Source: an uncultured Chloroflexia bacterium (GTDB lineage: Bacteria > Chloroflexota > Dehalococcoidia > GIF9 > UBA5629). From it: a stretch of 64,000 bases of DNA. A program made the position numbers and the translations under genes. The DNA lies in NCBI GenBank assembly GCA_963848815.1, contig CAWKFY010000029.1, positions 110,544-174,543 on the forward strand, read 5' to 3'. Position 1 is the stretch's first letter. Every line of letters begins with the position of its first letter. Of the stretch, positions 1-9,050 are shown piece after piece. A model generated the notes under the pieces. The model worked only from the letters and a program-made list of their open reading frames with translations. It had not been told where the DNA came from and did no database searches.

Positions 1-192
1 AGCCGCCCTCCAGGTCTATAATTTTAGCCGCTTTGCTGTATTCACCGATGCCGGCGATGCGGTCCTGGCAGATGGCAACATCGCCCTTTTCGATCTCCCC
101 CGTGAAAGTATTTATGATGCGGGCATTCTTAATTATCAGGTCGGCGGGCCGGTCACCCCGTGCCACAGCTATAAGATCGGGCAAGCTCATGT
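1..192 (-). CDS. adenine deaminase-like amidohydrolase, N-terminal fragment (gene runs off the left edge)
   Basis: This open-ended ORF is absent from the ORF track. Reverse-strand translation from an ATG at ~192 reads MSLPDLIAVARGDRPADLIIKNARIINTFTGEIEKGDVAICQDRIAGIGEYSKAAKIIDLEGG. This fits the adenine deaminase N-terminal pattern (..IKN.RI.N.F.GE...D.AI...RI.G.GEY...IID..G). GGAGGA lies a few nt upstream, and the neighbouring hpt fits a purine-salvage role. Confidence 0.55.
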
Positions 193-248
193 CATTCCTC
201 CGCAGACGGCCTTAACCGGCGCAAAATAATTTATAACGGCTGATTCTC

Positions 249-767
249 TCATTCAATGTAGCAGATATCCGGCAGGTAACGGTATTTCTCGTCCCAGTCG
301 ATGCCGTAGCCCACAATGAACTTGTCGGGAACGGTGAAGCCCAGGTAATCGATTTTAACCGGTATTTCGTGCCGGGACGGCTTGTCGGTAAGGGCGCATA
401 GTCGCACCGAGGCCGGCTTTTTTATACGGAGGCGGTCGATGAGATAGCTGGTGGTAAGGCCGGTATCGACGATATCCTCTACGACGATGAGATGCCTGTC
501 CTTCACATTCTCCTTCAGTCCGGCCAGGATCTTGATCTTGCCCGACGATTGGGTGCCGCTGCCATAGCTGGAGAGCCGTACGAAGGTCACTTCCAGCGGC
601 ATAGCGATACTGCGCACCAGGTCAGCCATGAAGATGAATGAGCCTTTAAGTATGCCGATGAGCAGCGGGTTTTTGCCTTTGTAGTCCCTGGCAATCTCGC
701 CGGCCAGCCTGTCGACTGCCTTATCGATATCCCGGCGTGCTATAAGTATTTGAGGGGCGGCGGACAT
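249..767 (-). CDS. hpt: hypoxanthine phosphoribosyltransferase
   Basis: The 172-aa ORF carries the PRPP-binding motif LIVVEDIVDTGLT and has typical HPRT length and N-terminus (ARDYKGKNPLLIGILKGSFIFMADL). Confidence 0.9.
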   Translation of the reverse strand: MSAAPQILIARRDIDKAVDRLAGEIARDYKGKNPLLIGILKGSFIFMADLVRSIAMPLEVTFVRLSSYGSGTQSSGKIKILAGLKENVKDRHLIVVEDIVDTGLTTSYLIDRLRIKKPASVRLCALTDKPSRHEIPVKIDYLGFTVPDKFIVGYGIDWDEKYRYLPDICYIE

Positions 768-859
768 GCAGACGATTATAGCCGCAGACGTAAAAACTGT
801 CTATATGCCTTTTGAGGGCCGGGGTCATCTTTTGCTGACCAGCTTTTTGACTGCCATGT

Positions 860-1930
860 TCAGTCCGTCGATGGTGAGATCGTACATGGGGAAGAGCTTG
901 GCGACCATCTGCACGGTGGGATAGTTGCGCAGGGCTGATGTCTCGGGATTAAGCCAGACGCAATGCGTAAAGTGCGAGTGAACTGCTTCAGCCGGTCCAG
1001 CCCGGACATCTTCTGGTAGCCGTGGAAGTAGATGTCGCCGTAGCGGTCGACCAGCTCGGAGTAGGCCATGCAGGCGTCGCCGACAAAGATGACCTTATAA
1101 TCCGGCTCCAACATTTTGAGAAGGTGTTCGATGGGCTCGCCTTTGCGCTGCTGGATATCCGAGTAAAGCACATCGTAGGGGCAGTTATGGAAATAGTAGT
1201 ATTTAAAAGACTTGAAATGGCTGAGGGAGTTGGCTGCCGAGAAAAGCTGGCTGCACAGGTCGGCATAAGGTTCCATGGAGCCGCCGGCATCCATGATCAG
1301 CAGGAGCTTGATGGTGTTCTTGCGCGGCCGCTTCCATTTGAACTCCAGCTCGCCGGCGTTCTTGCAGGTGGCGTCGATGGTCTTGTCCAGGTCCAGCTCA
1401 TCCTCGGGCCCGATGCGGTTCAACTGCCGCAGCTGTTTCAGGGCCACTTTGATCTGCCGGACGTCCAGCGTCACATCGCTGCGGTAGTTGCGGAAACGTG
1501 CTGCTTCGGCGATGCGCACTGCGCTGCGCATGCCGCCGGGCCCGCCGACCAGTATGCCCTGCGGGTTATGTCCGGAGTGGCCGAAGGGAGAGGTGCCGCC
1601 GGTGCCTATCCAGTAATTGCCGCCGTCGTGCCTTTCCTTCTGCTCCTTGAGCCGTTTTTCGAACTCCTTGAGCAGCTCCTCGAGGTCCATTTTCTTGATG
1701 GCGGCGATCTCTTCAGGCGTAAGCTGCGGCCTGTTCTTGGGGTCGGTCAGCCAGGAAAGCAGCTCCTCGGTGAAATCGAGCGGAGGGGCGATGCCGTTGA
1801 AATACTCCTGGAAGGCGACGTCATACTGGTCAAAATGCGTTTCGCTCTTGACCAGGATGGCGCGCGCCAGGTAATAGAATTCGCTCATGTTGCTGATACA
1901 GCCTTTGGCAAGCGCCTCCATCAGGATCAT
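860..1930 (-). CDS. VWA domain protein (CoxE/YehP-like partner of MoxR ATPase); both termini appear frameshifted
   Basis: The 356-aa ORF has a VWA MIDAS-type segment (LLLIMDAGGSM) and sits directly downstream of the MoxR ATPase. The family-typical N-terminus (MFTPFFYKLQ, ATG ~1995) and C-terminus (VWLNPETSALRNYPTVQMVAKLFPMYDLTIDGLNMAVKKLVSKR, stop ~825) lie in other frames, so the intact gene would span ~825..1995. Confidence 0.75.
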   Translation of the reverse strand: MILMEALAKGCISNMSEFYYLARAILVKSETHFDQYDVAFQEYFNGIAPPLDFTEELLSWLTDPKNRPQLTPEEIAAIKKMDLEELLKEFEKRLKEQKERHDGGNYWIGTGGTSPFGHSGHNPQGILVGGPGGMRSAVRIAEAARFRNYRSDVTLDVRQIKVALKQLRQLNRIGPEDELDLDKTIDATCKNAGELEFKWKRPRKNTIKLLLIMDAGGSMEPYADLCSQLFSAANSLSHFKSFKYYYFHNCPYDVLYSDIQQRKGEPIEHLLKMLEPDYKVIFVGDACMAYSELVDRYGDIYFHGYQKMSGLDRLKQFTRTLRIASGLIPRHQPCATIPPCRWSPSSSPCTISPSTD

Positions 1931-2021
1931 CCATTCCGTGAGTGGAAACGGGCACCTTCCTCTCCTTGCAGCTTGTAGAAAAATGGTGTAAACATAGACT
2001 TAACTCAAATCAGCCGCTGCT

Positions 2022-2888
2022 TCAGTTTCCGTAGATGTTATAGTCCCGGCTGCCGGGCTTCCTCCTGACGTAGTGGTTTACATAATGATCGATGTCCGTC
2101 TCTTTCTTGATGAGCGTACCCAGGAAGGGTATCTCGCCGTCTTTAATCTTGCCGTCCAGGCCGCTGGCCATCAGCGCCTGTATCCAGTCGATCAGCTCGC
2201 TGGTGGAAGGCTTCTTGCGCAGGTCATCGATCTTGCGCAAGCTGTAGAAGGACTCCAGGGCGTCCTTGAGCAGGGCGCTTTTGATATTGGGAAAGTGCAC
2301 CTTGACGATCTCCTCCATCAGCTCGGGATCAGGGAACTCGATATAGTGGAAGATGCAGCGGCGCAGGAAGGCATCGGGCAGCTCTTTCTCGTTGTTGCTG
2401 GTGATGATGACGATCGGGCGCTGACTGGCCGTGATGGTCTCGTTGGTCTCCGGTATATAGAAGCTCATCTCATCCAGCTCGTTGAGCAGGTCGTTGGGGA
2501 ACTCCAGGTCGGCTTTATCTACCTCGTCGATCAGAAGCACTACCTGCTCCGGAGAGGAGAAGGCCTGGCCCAGCTTGCCCAGCTTGATGTAATGCTTGAT
2601 ATCCGAAACGTCCTTGTCGCCGAAACGGCTGTCATTCAGCCTCTGCACCGTATCATAGACATACAGGCCCTCGGAAGCCTTGGTAGTCGACTTGATATTC
2701 CAGACGATGAGCTTCTTGTCCAGCGACTTGGCGATGCTGTGGGCCAGCAGCGTTTTGCCTGTGCCCGGCTCACCCCTGACAAGCAGCGGCCTCTGCAGGA
2801 CGATAGATACATTGACCGCATTCTTGAGCGCTTCGGAGATCACGTAATCGCTCGAGCCCTTGAACTGGTCGAAATGTTTCTGGGTCAT
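2022..2888 (-). CDS. MoxR-family AAA+ ATPase
   Basis: The 288-aa ORF has Walker A GEPGTGKT and Walker B LLIDEVDKA, plus the MoxR/CoxD-like size and C-terminal lid. It is paired with a VWA gene. Confidence 0.85.
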   Translation of the reverse strand: MTQKHFDQFKGSSDYVISEALKNAVNVSIVLQRPLLVRGEPGTGKTLLAHSIAKSLDKKLIVWNIKSTTKASEGLYVYDTVQRLNDSRFGDKDVSDIKHYIKLGKLGQAFSSPEQVVLLIDEVDKADLEFPNDLLNELDEMSFYIPETNETITASQRPIVIITSNNEKELPDAFLRRCIFHYIEFPDPELMEEIVKVHFPNIKSALLKDALESFYSLRKIDDLRKKPSTSELIDWIQALMASGLDGKIKDGEIPFLGTLIKKETDIDHYVNHYVRRKPGSRDYNIYGN

Positions 2889-3031
2889 GTTGCATCCTCC
2901 GGAGAATCAGGGGTTTTACATTTAAACCCGCCGGACGTGAAGCCGAGGAGGCGGGGGTGTTATAAATCCTGAGTGCGTTTTGATTAGAATTTTAGGTTAA
3001 GAGATGGCTAAAAGCAAGTTGCGGACGTCAA

Positions 3032-5200
3032 TCAGGCTGGAAGCTGATCGGAAGAAATGATCTGCGACGTGGGGATATCCACCTCGGGCATGCCGTCCGT
3101 ATAGTGGGGGACGGGTGGTTTGAGGGGTTGCTTAGGGCCATAGTTCCTATCCTCGTTAATGGTATCGAGGACGCTGTAAACTATCTCGGTCGCGCCTTTG
3201 TGGGTACCTTTGTGACCGGCCGGCAGCTTGCAGATATGCAGCTCCCATTCGTTATAGGTATTGCGCGTCCAGGTTACGGTGCGTCCTCCCGCCAGGGCCG
3301 CGCTCTTCTTGTCGCCGGGGGTAACCACGATCGGTTTAATGGCAGTGTTCTTCCACTGGGTCACCACGGTGCGCAGCAGCTTCTTGGTAGCAAAGCCACA
3401 CTCCTCGACAGACGGCGCTTTCTCGGGCACCGACATGGAGTCGATGAAGTTTATATCCGGCGCCGGCAGGCTCTTTTTCTCCATTGACGGGCCCAACTCA
3501 GTCATTTCGGGAGACTGTGGAAGCTCCCTGCCCTGTGATAATTCATCCTCATACTTTTGCAGCAATTCTCCGAATTTTTCCATGAGCTGCTCGCGGGTGT
3601 TCTGAGGAGGCTTTTTCAATCCATCGCCTATCATGAATACCGTAGTCTGAGGCGCCGGCATGGCAGGCTGTGGAGGTGGAGGAGGCGGCGCTACAGGGTA
3701 GGGCGGGTAATATATCGGTGGTGGAGGAGGCGGTGGCGCTGCGTACGGCGAAGGATAGGGCATAGGCTGCGGCGCCCTCTGGCCTCGCTTGACCAGTGTA
3801 TAAATGCCGTAGACCAGGCCGGCCAGGATTAAAAGGGTCAAGGGTATGGTGATGATGGGGGTGGTATAATCAGCATCCCACTGTACGTTGATGGTCTTGG
3901 GCCCATCCACGATCTCGGTGCCTGTAGAGAGCGTTGCTTTATATTTGCCTCCGAAGAAGCCCAGGATACCGGGCATGGCAACTTCGATGGGATTGACGTC
4001 CCATTTCATCTGGCTGCCCGACTTTTGCCAGCCGCCGCCCTGCACGTTGCCGAATTGCGAGGCGACCGTTATCCTGTAATACAGGTCATAGGTGGCGATA
4101 TATTGCCCCGCCTGGGTGACGCCGATATTCAAAGTCTGTGACTTGATCTTGTCCCCGCCGGGGGCGAGCCAGTATGAGAATTGATACTGCGAATTAGCAT
4201 CCTGAGTGACCACGTCATCGGCGCTGACGGCCAGAGGCTGTCCTTCCCTGTACCAGCCGGAACCGGAGATGGTAGTGATACCGGCTGGATCTGTCTTCAA
4301 CTCGACATCATATTGAGCGTAATAGTTAAAAGTAACCTGGCTGTTATCCTGGCTAATGCTGGCCGAGCTGTGCTCCGCCATATACCTGATATCCGTCCTG
4401 CCGGGAACGGCGACGGTGCTGTCCACGGTGACATTCGACGTGGAGTCAGGATCAAGGCCTGTTACCTTTACAGTATCTCCGCCGGTCATCGTGCCCTTCA
4501 GGCTGCCGTCAACATACATCTTGGTCTGCCCTTCCGCCAGCCCGTCGGAGATGCTGATGACGGCAGTATAAGTGCCCTTATCAACTGTTAATGAAAATGA
4601 CTGCTGGGTAGTAGTGGATCCGCTGGTGGCCGTGATAGTAAAACTGTAGCCCCCGGCTGTGCCCTTGGCGGGTGTGCCCAGGACCTGGCCGTTATTGAAG
4701 CTCATTCCCGAGGGCAGGCTGCCGTTGGTCATGGAATAGGTTATCGTTCCGCTGCCGCCTGAGGCAACGACGCTGTAAGAATATGACTGTCCAACCGTGG
4801 CGTCCGGCAGGCTGCTGGTAGAGAAGGTCAGGGCCGGCGCGGTTATAACGATAACAAAGGTCTGTGATGCGCTGCCGCTGGAATCAGTCACCTGAACCGT
4901 AATAGGGAACGAACCGGTCGTGGTGGGAGTGCCGTATATAAGTGATCCCGACGATGAAAGGCCGGGCGGTAAGCCTGATATCGTCCACGTGACAGTTCCT
5001 GTAGTGGTCGCCGTTAGGCTGGCTGAGTAGGACGTGTTCACCTGGCCGGTCGGCAGCGAGGAAGTAGTTATGGTCGGAGCGGCGTAAGTCGGGCCGGGCT
5101 TCAATCCAGCTGAAAGCGCAAAGACTGCAATGAGTACCAGCAGCCACCTGGCTAATCTGGTATATACTAGCGTTCTATGTTTTACAGGATAAATTTTCAC
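3032..5200 (-). CDS. surface/membrane protein with putative Ig-like (He_PIG-type) repeats, one TM helix, a proline-rich linker and an unknown cytoplasmic domain
   Basis: The 722-aa ORF starts with an N-terminal signal/anchor (WLLVLIAVFALSAG). Repeats of the type SLP.G.V...YS..L.A.GG.G..T..... G.LP.G....G.L.GTP follow. A TM segment (ITIPLTLLILAGLVYGIYTLV) is followed by PPPPPPPIYYPPYPVAPPPPPPQP and a ~200-aa C-terminal domain I cannot assign to a family. Confidence 0.7.
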   Translation of the reverse strand: MKIYPVKHRTLVYTRLARWLLVLIAVFALSAGLKPGPTYAAPTITTSSLPTGQVNTSYSASLTATTTGTVTWTISGLPPGLSSSGSLIYGTPTTTGSFPITVQVTDSSGSASQTFVIVITAPALTFSTSSLPDATVGQSYSYSVVASGGSGTITYSMTNGSLPSGMSFNNGQVLGTPAKGTAGGYSFTITATSGSTTTQQSFSLTVDKGTYTAVISISDGLAEGQTKMYVDGSLKGTMTGGDTVKVTGLDPDSTSNVTVDSTVAVPGRTDIRYMAEHSSASISQDNSQVTFNYYAQYDVELKTDPAGITTISGSGWYREGQPLAVSADDVVTQDANSQYQFSYWLAPGGDKIKSQTLNIGVTQAGQYIATYDLYYRITVASQFGNVQGGGWQKSGSQMKWDVNPIEVAMPGILGFFGGKYKATLSTGTEIVDGPKTINVQWDADYTTPIITIPLTLLILAGLVYGIYTLVKRGQRAPQPMPYPSPYAAPPPPPPPIYYPPYPVAPPPPPPQPAMPAPQTTVFMIGDGLKKPPQNTREQLMEKFGELLQKYEDELSQGRELPQSPEMTELGPSMEKKSLPAPDINFIDSMSVPEKAPSVEECGFATKKLLRTVVTQWKNTAIKPIVVTPGDKKSAALAGGRTVTWTRNTYNEWELHICKLPAGHKGTHKGATEIVYSVLDTINEDRNYGPKQPLKPPVPHYTDGMPEVDIPTSQIISSDQLPA

Positions 5201-5308
5201 GTACAGAAACCGTTTATGCTTGTATTATAATAACAATTTATACCATTGTCGATTTCGCTGCAAATACAACCTGCATTGAGCAGGGCCGGCCGCTTTTCAA
5301 ACGCATGG

Positions 5309-5337
5309 TTGATTTGCACCGCATTCGATAATACAAT
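5309..5337 (+). promoter_or_regulatory. candidate sigma70-type promoter for the histidine kinase gene
   Basis: TTGATT-17 nt-TACAAT lies about 65 nt upstream of the ATG at 5401. This rests on a hand-indexed motif match only. Confidence 0.3.
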
Positions 5338-5400
5338 AGGCTAATTTTATTAGAACTTTGTTAACATGCGATATGCACTTAGGCTGGCGGAACATATATA

Positions 5401-7695
5401 ATGGCAGATAATCTCGATCCGTCAAAAGAGATGGAGAAGCTTTCAGTTCAGGAATATCGGAAGATACAGAGATACCTGGATAGCGCTGACATCATAATAG
5501 TTATTCTCGATGCTGATGAAAAGGTGGTGCTGGTAAATAGAAAGGGCTGCCACGTGCTGGGCTATGACGAGAAGGAAATACTCGGACTGAACTGGTTCGA
5601 AGGCTTCATTCCGTTGAAGGTAAGGGAGGAGTCAAGGCAGGTTTACCGGAGGTTTGTCGCCCGCAGAAAAGATATGCCCGTCATTTTCGAGAGGCCGGTT
5701 ATTACCTGCAATGGGGAGGAAAGGATCATCGCCTGGCGCAACGCCCTGCTCAAGGACGAATCCGGACATGTTACGCGTGTGGTGTGGTCGGGCGAGGACA
5801 TAACCGACCGTAAAAAGATTGATTCCGAATTGTCGCTGAGGACGCACCTGCTCGACCTGGCAGTCGATTCGATCTATGTCATAGATGCAATGGGGAGGAT
5901 AGTTTTTGCCAATGAAGCAAGCTGGAGGACCCTGGGTTATGGTGAAGCGGAGCTTTTGGGCACCAGTATAACCAAAATCCTGGACCCTAAAAGCCGGGCT
6001 GTAATGGTGGAGCGCATCAAAACGGTTTTTCAGGATGGCGAAATTACTTATGAGTCCATACACTATCGCAAGGACGGCTCGGCTATACCGGTCGAGGTCC
6101 ATAGCCGCCTGGTAGTTGTCGACGGCAAGAAACTCATTAGCTGTATCGCCAGGGACATGACCGAAAGGAAACTGACCGAGGAAGTGCTGAAGCGTTCAGA
6201 GGAGAGGTTCCGCACTATCCTCGAAGACATGGATAACGGATACTTCGAGTTGGATAAAAAGAGCCATTACATATTCGTGAATGATGCCATGTGCAAGATT
6301 CTGGGCCGCAACAGGTCCGATATCGTGGCCAAACATTTCGGCAGCTTTATAGACCAGTCGGACGAAAAGTTCGTTGAAAACAGCCGGGCCGTTATGAGCG
6401 AGGCCATCCAAAAGGGCATGACGCTTTCGGGCCTGTTCGGGACTATCGTCAAAGGCGACGGGAGCAGGATAATCATCGGCGTGTCGGTCTCGCCGCTGAG
6501 GGATGCAACGGGGAATATAGCGGGCATACGCGGTATTACCAGGGACATCACCGACCGCATGAAAATGGAGCAGCAACTGCTGATGGCCGGTAAGCTGGCT
6601 TCGATCGGCGAGCTGGCGGCAGGCGTGGCGCATGAGATCAATAATCCTTTGACGGCCATCATGGGATATGCCCAGCTTTTGGCCGCTCAGGACGATGTGC
6701 CGGACCATATCAAGCCCGACCTGGATAAGATATTCAACCAGAGCCAGAGAGCAGCCAGGATCGTACAGAACCTTTTGACCTTCGCCAGAAGTTATGCACT
6801 GGAAAAGCGAATTATCGATATTAATCAGCTAATCCTCAAGTCTCTGGAGCTGCGCAGCTATGAGAACAAGGTCGCAAATATCGAGATAGTTGTCGATCTG
6901 CAACACGGATTGCCCGGTATTTCCGCCGATGAAAACCAGATTCAGCAGGTTTTACTTAATATCATCATCAATGCCGAGCATGCCATAACCTCTAAAAAGA
7001 GAAAAGGGAGAATAAAGGTAACTACCCGGCTGGAAGGTACTACGGTGAAGATAGTTGTAGCAGATGATGGGCCGGGCATACCCAGAGAGATGCTGGAAAG
7101 GCTGTTCGACCCGTTTTTTACAACCAAGGAGGTCGGCCAGGGCACCGGGCTGGGGCTCAGCGTATGCCATGGGATCGTAACCAAGCACGGCGGCCGCATA
7201 TATGCGGAGAGTATCGAAGGGCAGGGCGCCGTATTTGTGGTTGAGCTTCCGGCCAGCCAAAAGGTCAGGACACAAGAGAAGGAGCCGGCGGCAAAATCTG
7301 CCAGAGAACCGCTGAAGGCCGAGGTGTCCAAAAGGATTCTGGTAGTTGATGACGAGATGGTGATCCGCGACATTTTGTTCCGAATACTTTCCGAAAAAGG
7401 CTACAACGTCGAATCAGCCGCCAGCGGAAGCGAAGGCCTCGAGAAGATAATGAACTCTCAATACGATGTCTATCTGCTGGATATCAAGATGCCTGGCATC
7501 GACGGAAGGGATATGTACGAGGCTATAAGCGACAAATTCCCGCAGCTGATCGATCGCGTGATCTTCATAACAGGCGACACCATAACCCGGTCGACGCTGG
7601 ACTTCCTGGAAACTACCGGCAGGAGGTATTTGAGCAAACCGCTGGATTTTAACAGATTGATCAACAGCATCGAAGAAGCGACGACAGCAAACTGA
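5401..7695 (+). CDS. soluble multi-PAS hybrid sensor histidine kinase with C-terminal receiver domain
   Basis: The 764-aa ORF has no obvious TM segment. It has about three PAS/PAC modules, each ending in ..RDITDRK/ARDMTERK/TRDITDRMK, then an H-box (AHEINNPLTAI), N/G1/G2 boxes (NAEHA, DDGPGIP, GTGLGLS) and a REC domain (ILVVDDE, LLDIKMPGIDG, SKP). Confidence 0.85.
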   Translation: MADNLDPSKEMEKLSVQEYRKIQRYLDSADIIIVILDADEKVVLVNRKGCHVLGYDEKEILGLNWFEGFIPLKVREESRQVYRRFVARRKDMPVIFERPVITCNGEERIIAWRNALLKDESGHVTRVVWSGEDITDRKKIDSELSLRTHLLDLAVDSIYVIDAMGRIVFANEASWRTLGYGEAELLGTSITKILDPKSRAVMVERIKTVFQDGEITYESIHYRKDGSAIPVEVHSRLVVVDGKKLISCIARDMTERKLTEEVLKRSEERFRTILEDMDNGYFELDKKSHYIFVNDAMCKILGRNRSDIVAKHFGSFIDQSDEKFVENSRAVMSEAIQKGMTLSGLFGTIVKGDGSRIIIGVSVSPLRDATGNIAGIRGITRDITDRMKMEQQLLMAGKLASIGELAAGVAHEINNPLTAIMGYAQLLAAQDDVPDHIKPDLDKIFNQSQRAARIVQNLLTFARSYALEKRIIDINQLILKSLELRSYENKVANIEIVVDLQHGLPGISADENQIQQVLLNIIINAEHAITSKKRKGRIKVTTRLEGTTVKIVVADDGPGIPREMLERLFDPFFTTKEVGQGTGLGLSVCHGIVTKHGGRIYAESIEGQGAVFVVELPASQKVRTQEKEPAAKSAREPLKAEVSKRILVVDDEMVIRDILFRILSEKGYNVESAASGSEGLEKIMNSQYDVYLLDIKMPGIDGRDMYEAISDKFPQLIDRVIFITGDTITRSTLDFLETTGRRYLSKPLDFNRLINSIEEATTAN

Positions 7696-7720
7696 AAAAG
7701 CTACTTACAGCTACCCTTAC

Positions 7721-8263
7721 TCATTTTACCTTTATGGCTATTCCGGCAACCATTAAATAGACTTCATCCGCGGCTTTAGCCAGCAGTTGATTAGCCTTTC
7801 CCAGCAGGTCCCTATAGGCCCTGCCCAAAATATTATCGGGAACGAGACCGCCGCCGACCTCGTTGGACACCAAGAAATAGTTGCTCCGTTTTTGGCCCAT
7901 AAATTCGATGAGGTTGTTTATTTCCTCGAGCACAGCCGTTTCCGCCGACGCCGATTTATCTCCGGGGTGTAAACAGTTGGATACGAGCAAAGTGATGCAG
8001 TCAATAATAACGGCATCGTATCCGGAGGTTAAACCGGTTAAGGCGCGTCCTACGCCGCTGCGGACTTCGAGTGTTTCCCAGCCGCCGGGACGTGATTTTT
8101 TATGACGCTCGATCCTTTCCAGCATTTCATCGTCCAGGGGCTCGGCTGTGGCGCAGAATAAGATACGCTGCCCTATGCCGGAAGCCAGTTGCTGGGCATA
8201 GCTGCTTTTGCCGCTTCTGGCCCCGCCCAGGATTAAGACCGTTTTCTTAGGTACGTCAATCAT
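7721..8263 (-). CDS. cobU: bifunctional adenosylcobinamide kinase / adenosylcobinamide-phosphate guanylyltransferase
   Basis: The 180-aa ORF has the P-loop GGARSGKSSYAQ, plus IIDCITLLVSN and SNEVGGGLVP, which are typical of CobU/CobP. Confidence 0.9.
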   Translation of the reverse strand: MIDVPKKTVLILGGARSGKSSYAQQLASGIGQRILFCATAEPLDDEMLERIERHKKSRPGGWETLEVRSGVGRALTGLTSGYDAVIIDCITLLVSNCLHPGDKSASAETAVLEEINNLIEFMGQKRSNYFLVSNEVGGGLVPDNILGRAYRDLLGKANQLLAKAADEVYLMVAGIAIKVK

Positions 8264-8267
8264 ATCT

Positions 8268-9050
8268 CTACCAGTTAATCAGCGGCATTGTAGTCAGGTA
8301 AACCTGGGCGCTGGATGCCCTGAGATAAAATAGTACTGCGATTGATATAAGTGCCGCCGCTTCGCCCAGCTCGACCATGGCGCCGTAACAGTCGCCGGTC
8401 AGGCCTCCGAAAAGACGCCGCAGGATAAGTCCGAAGCAGCACATCAGGCCGAACAGTATCATAGCCATGACCGGGCCCGCAATCCATCCGCCGAAAAGAA
8501 CCATAACAAGTATCGCCACAGCAGTTGCTGCAGCGAAGCCAACCCATCCGGCGCCGCTTTTGACGGCGAAGCCCATCCCGACATTTTTAGCCGACGGAAA
8601 GATCAAAATGGCGCCGGCCATCGTCCACCTGCTGACAACCGGAACCATGATCAACATCGATACCGAAGCAATACCCGAAAGGGCTGCATATTTGATCAGC
8701 AGCGTCAGCACGATGGCTGTTATGCCGAAGACGCCGACTCTCGTATCGGTCATGATCGACAGCCTTTGTTCAGCCGTCCTTCCGGCAACGAGCGCATCGA
8801 AGGTATCGGCCAGGCCGTCGAGATGGTGCGCTCCCGTAACCAGTGCCAGACAGGCGACCAGAAGGGCGCTGACCAGCGGATTGGGGAAAATGTTTCGCAT
8901 AACGATATAAAGTCCCGCCAGCAGGAGGCCTATGATAAGACCTATTAAGGGGAAATACGCCACGGAGCGGCCGACCTGCTCCGGCCCCTCATTTTTTAAA
9001 GACGGTGCGGGAAAGACGGTCAGAAATTTTAAAGCGGTGAAAAACAGCAT
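8268..9050 (-). CDS. cobS: adenosylcobinamide-GDP ribazoletransferase (cobalamin synthase)
   Basis: The 260-aa polytopic ORF carries the CobS motifs HLDGLADTFD and GLTGDCYGA. Confidence 0.9.
   Translation of the reverse strand: MLFFTALKFLTVFPAPSLKNEGPEQVGRSVAYFPLIGLIIGLLLAGLYIVMRNIFPNPLVSALLVACLALVTGAHHLDGLADTFDALVAGRTAEQRLSIMTDTRVGVFGITAIVLTLLIKYAALSGIASVSMLIMVPVVSRWTMAGAILIFPSAKNVGMGFAVKSGAGWVGFAAATAVAILVMVLFGGWIAGPVMAMILFGLMCCFGLILRRLFGGLTGDCYGAMVELGEAAALISIAVLFYLRASSAQVYLTTMPLINW

Noticed and set aside
33-215. 60-aa plus-strand ORF at the left edge
   Set aside because: It lies antisense to a much more convincing adenine deaminase N-terminus, which has an SD site and a family-typical sequence. 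Its own translation is low-complexity and basic.
1022-1978. Long antisense shadow ORFs (for example 1022..1978, 2073..2972, 15140..16015, 20082..20900, 21061..21801, 44079..44753, 46819..47565)
   Set aside because: Each lies opposite a gene with clear family motifs in a GC-rich region where stop-free antisense frames are expected. Their translations are Arg/Gly/Ala-rich with no recognisable motifs.
2925-2962. Hairpin CCCGCC...GGCGGG followed by TTT on the minus strand as a terminator between the surface-protein gene and MoxR
   Set aside because: It has only a 6-bp stem with a ~17-nt loop and a 3-nt T run, which is too weak to call.
3650-3790. Repetitive GGTGG/GGAGG-rich DNA that looks like a simple-sequence repeat
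   Set aside because: It is the reverse complement of the polyproline-coding tract (PPPPPPPIYYPPYPVAPPPPPP) inside the 722-aa ORF. It is coding low complexity, not a non-coding repeat or a CRISPR array.
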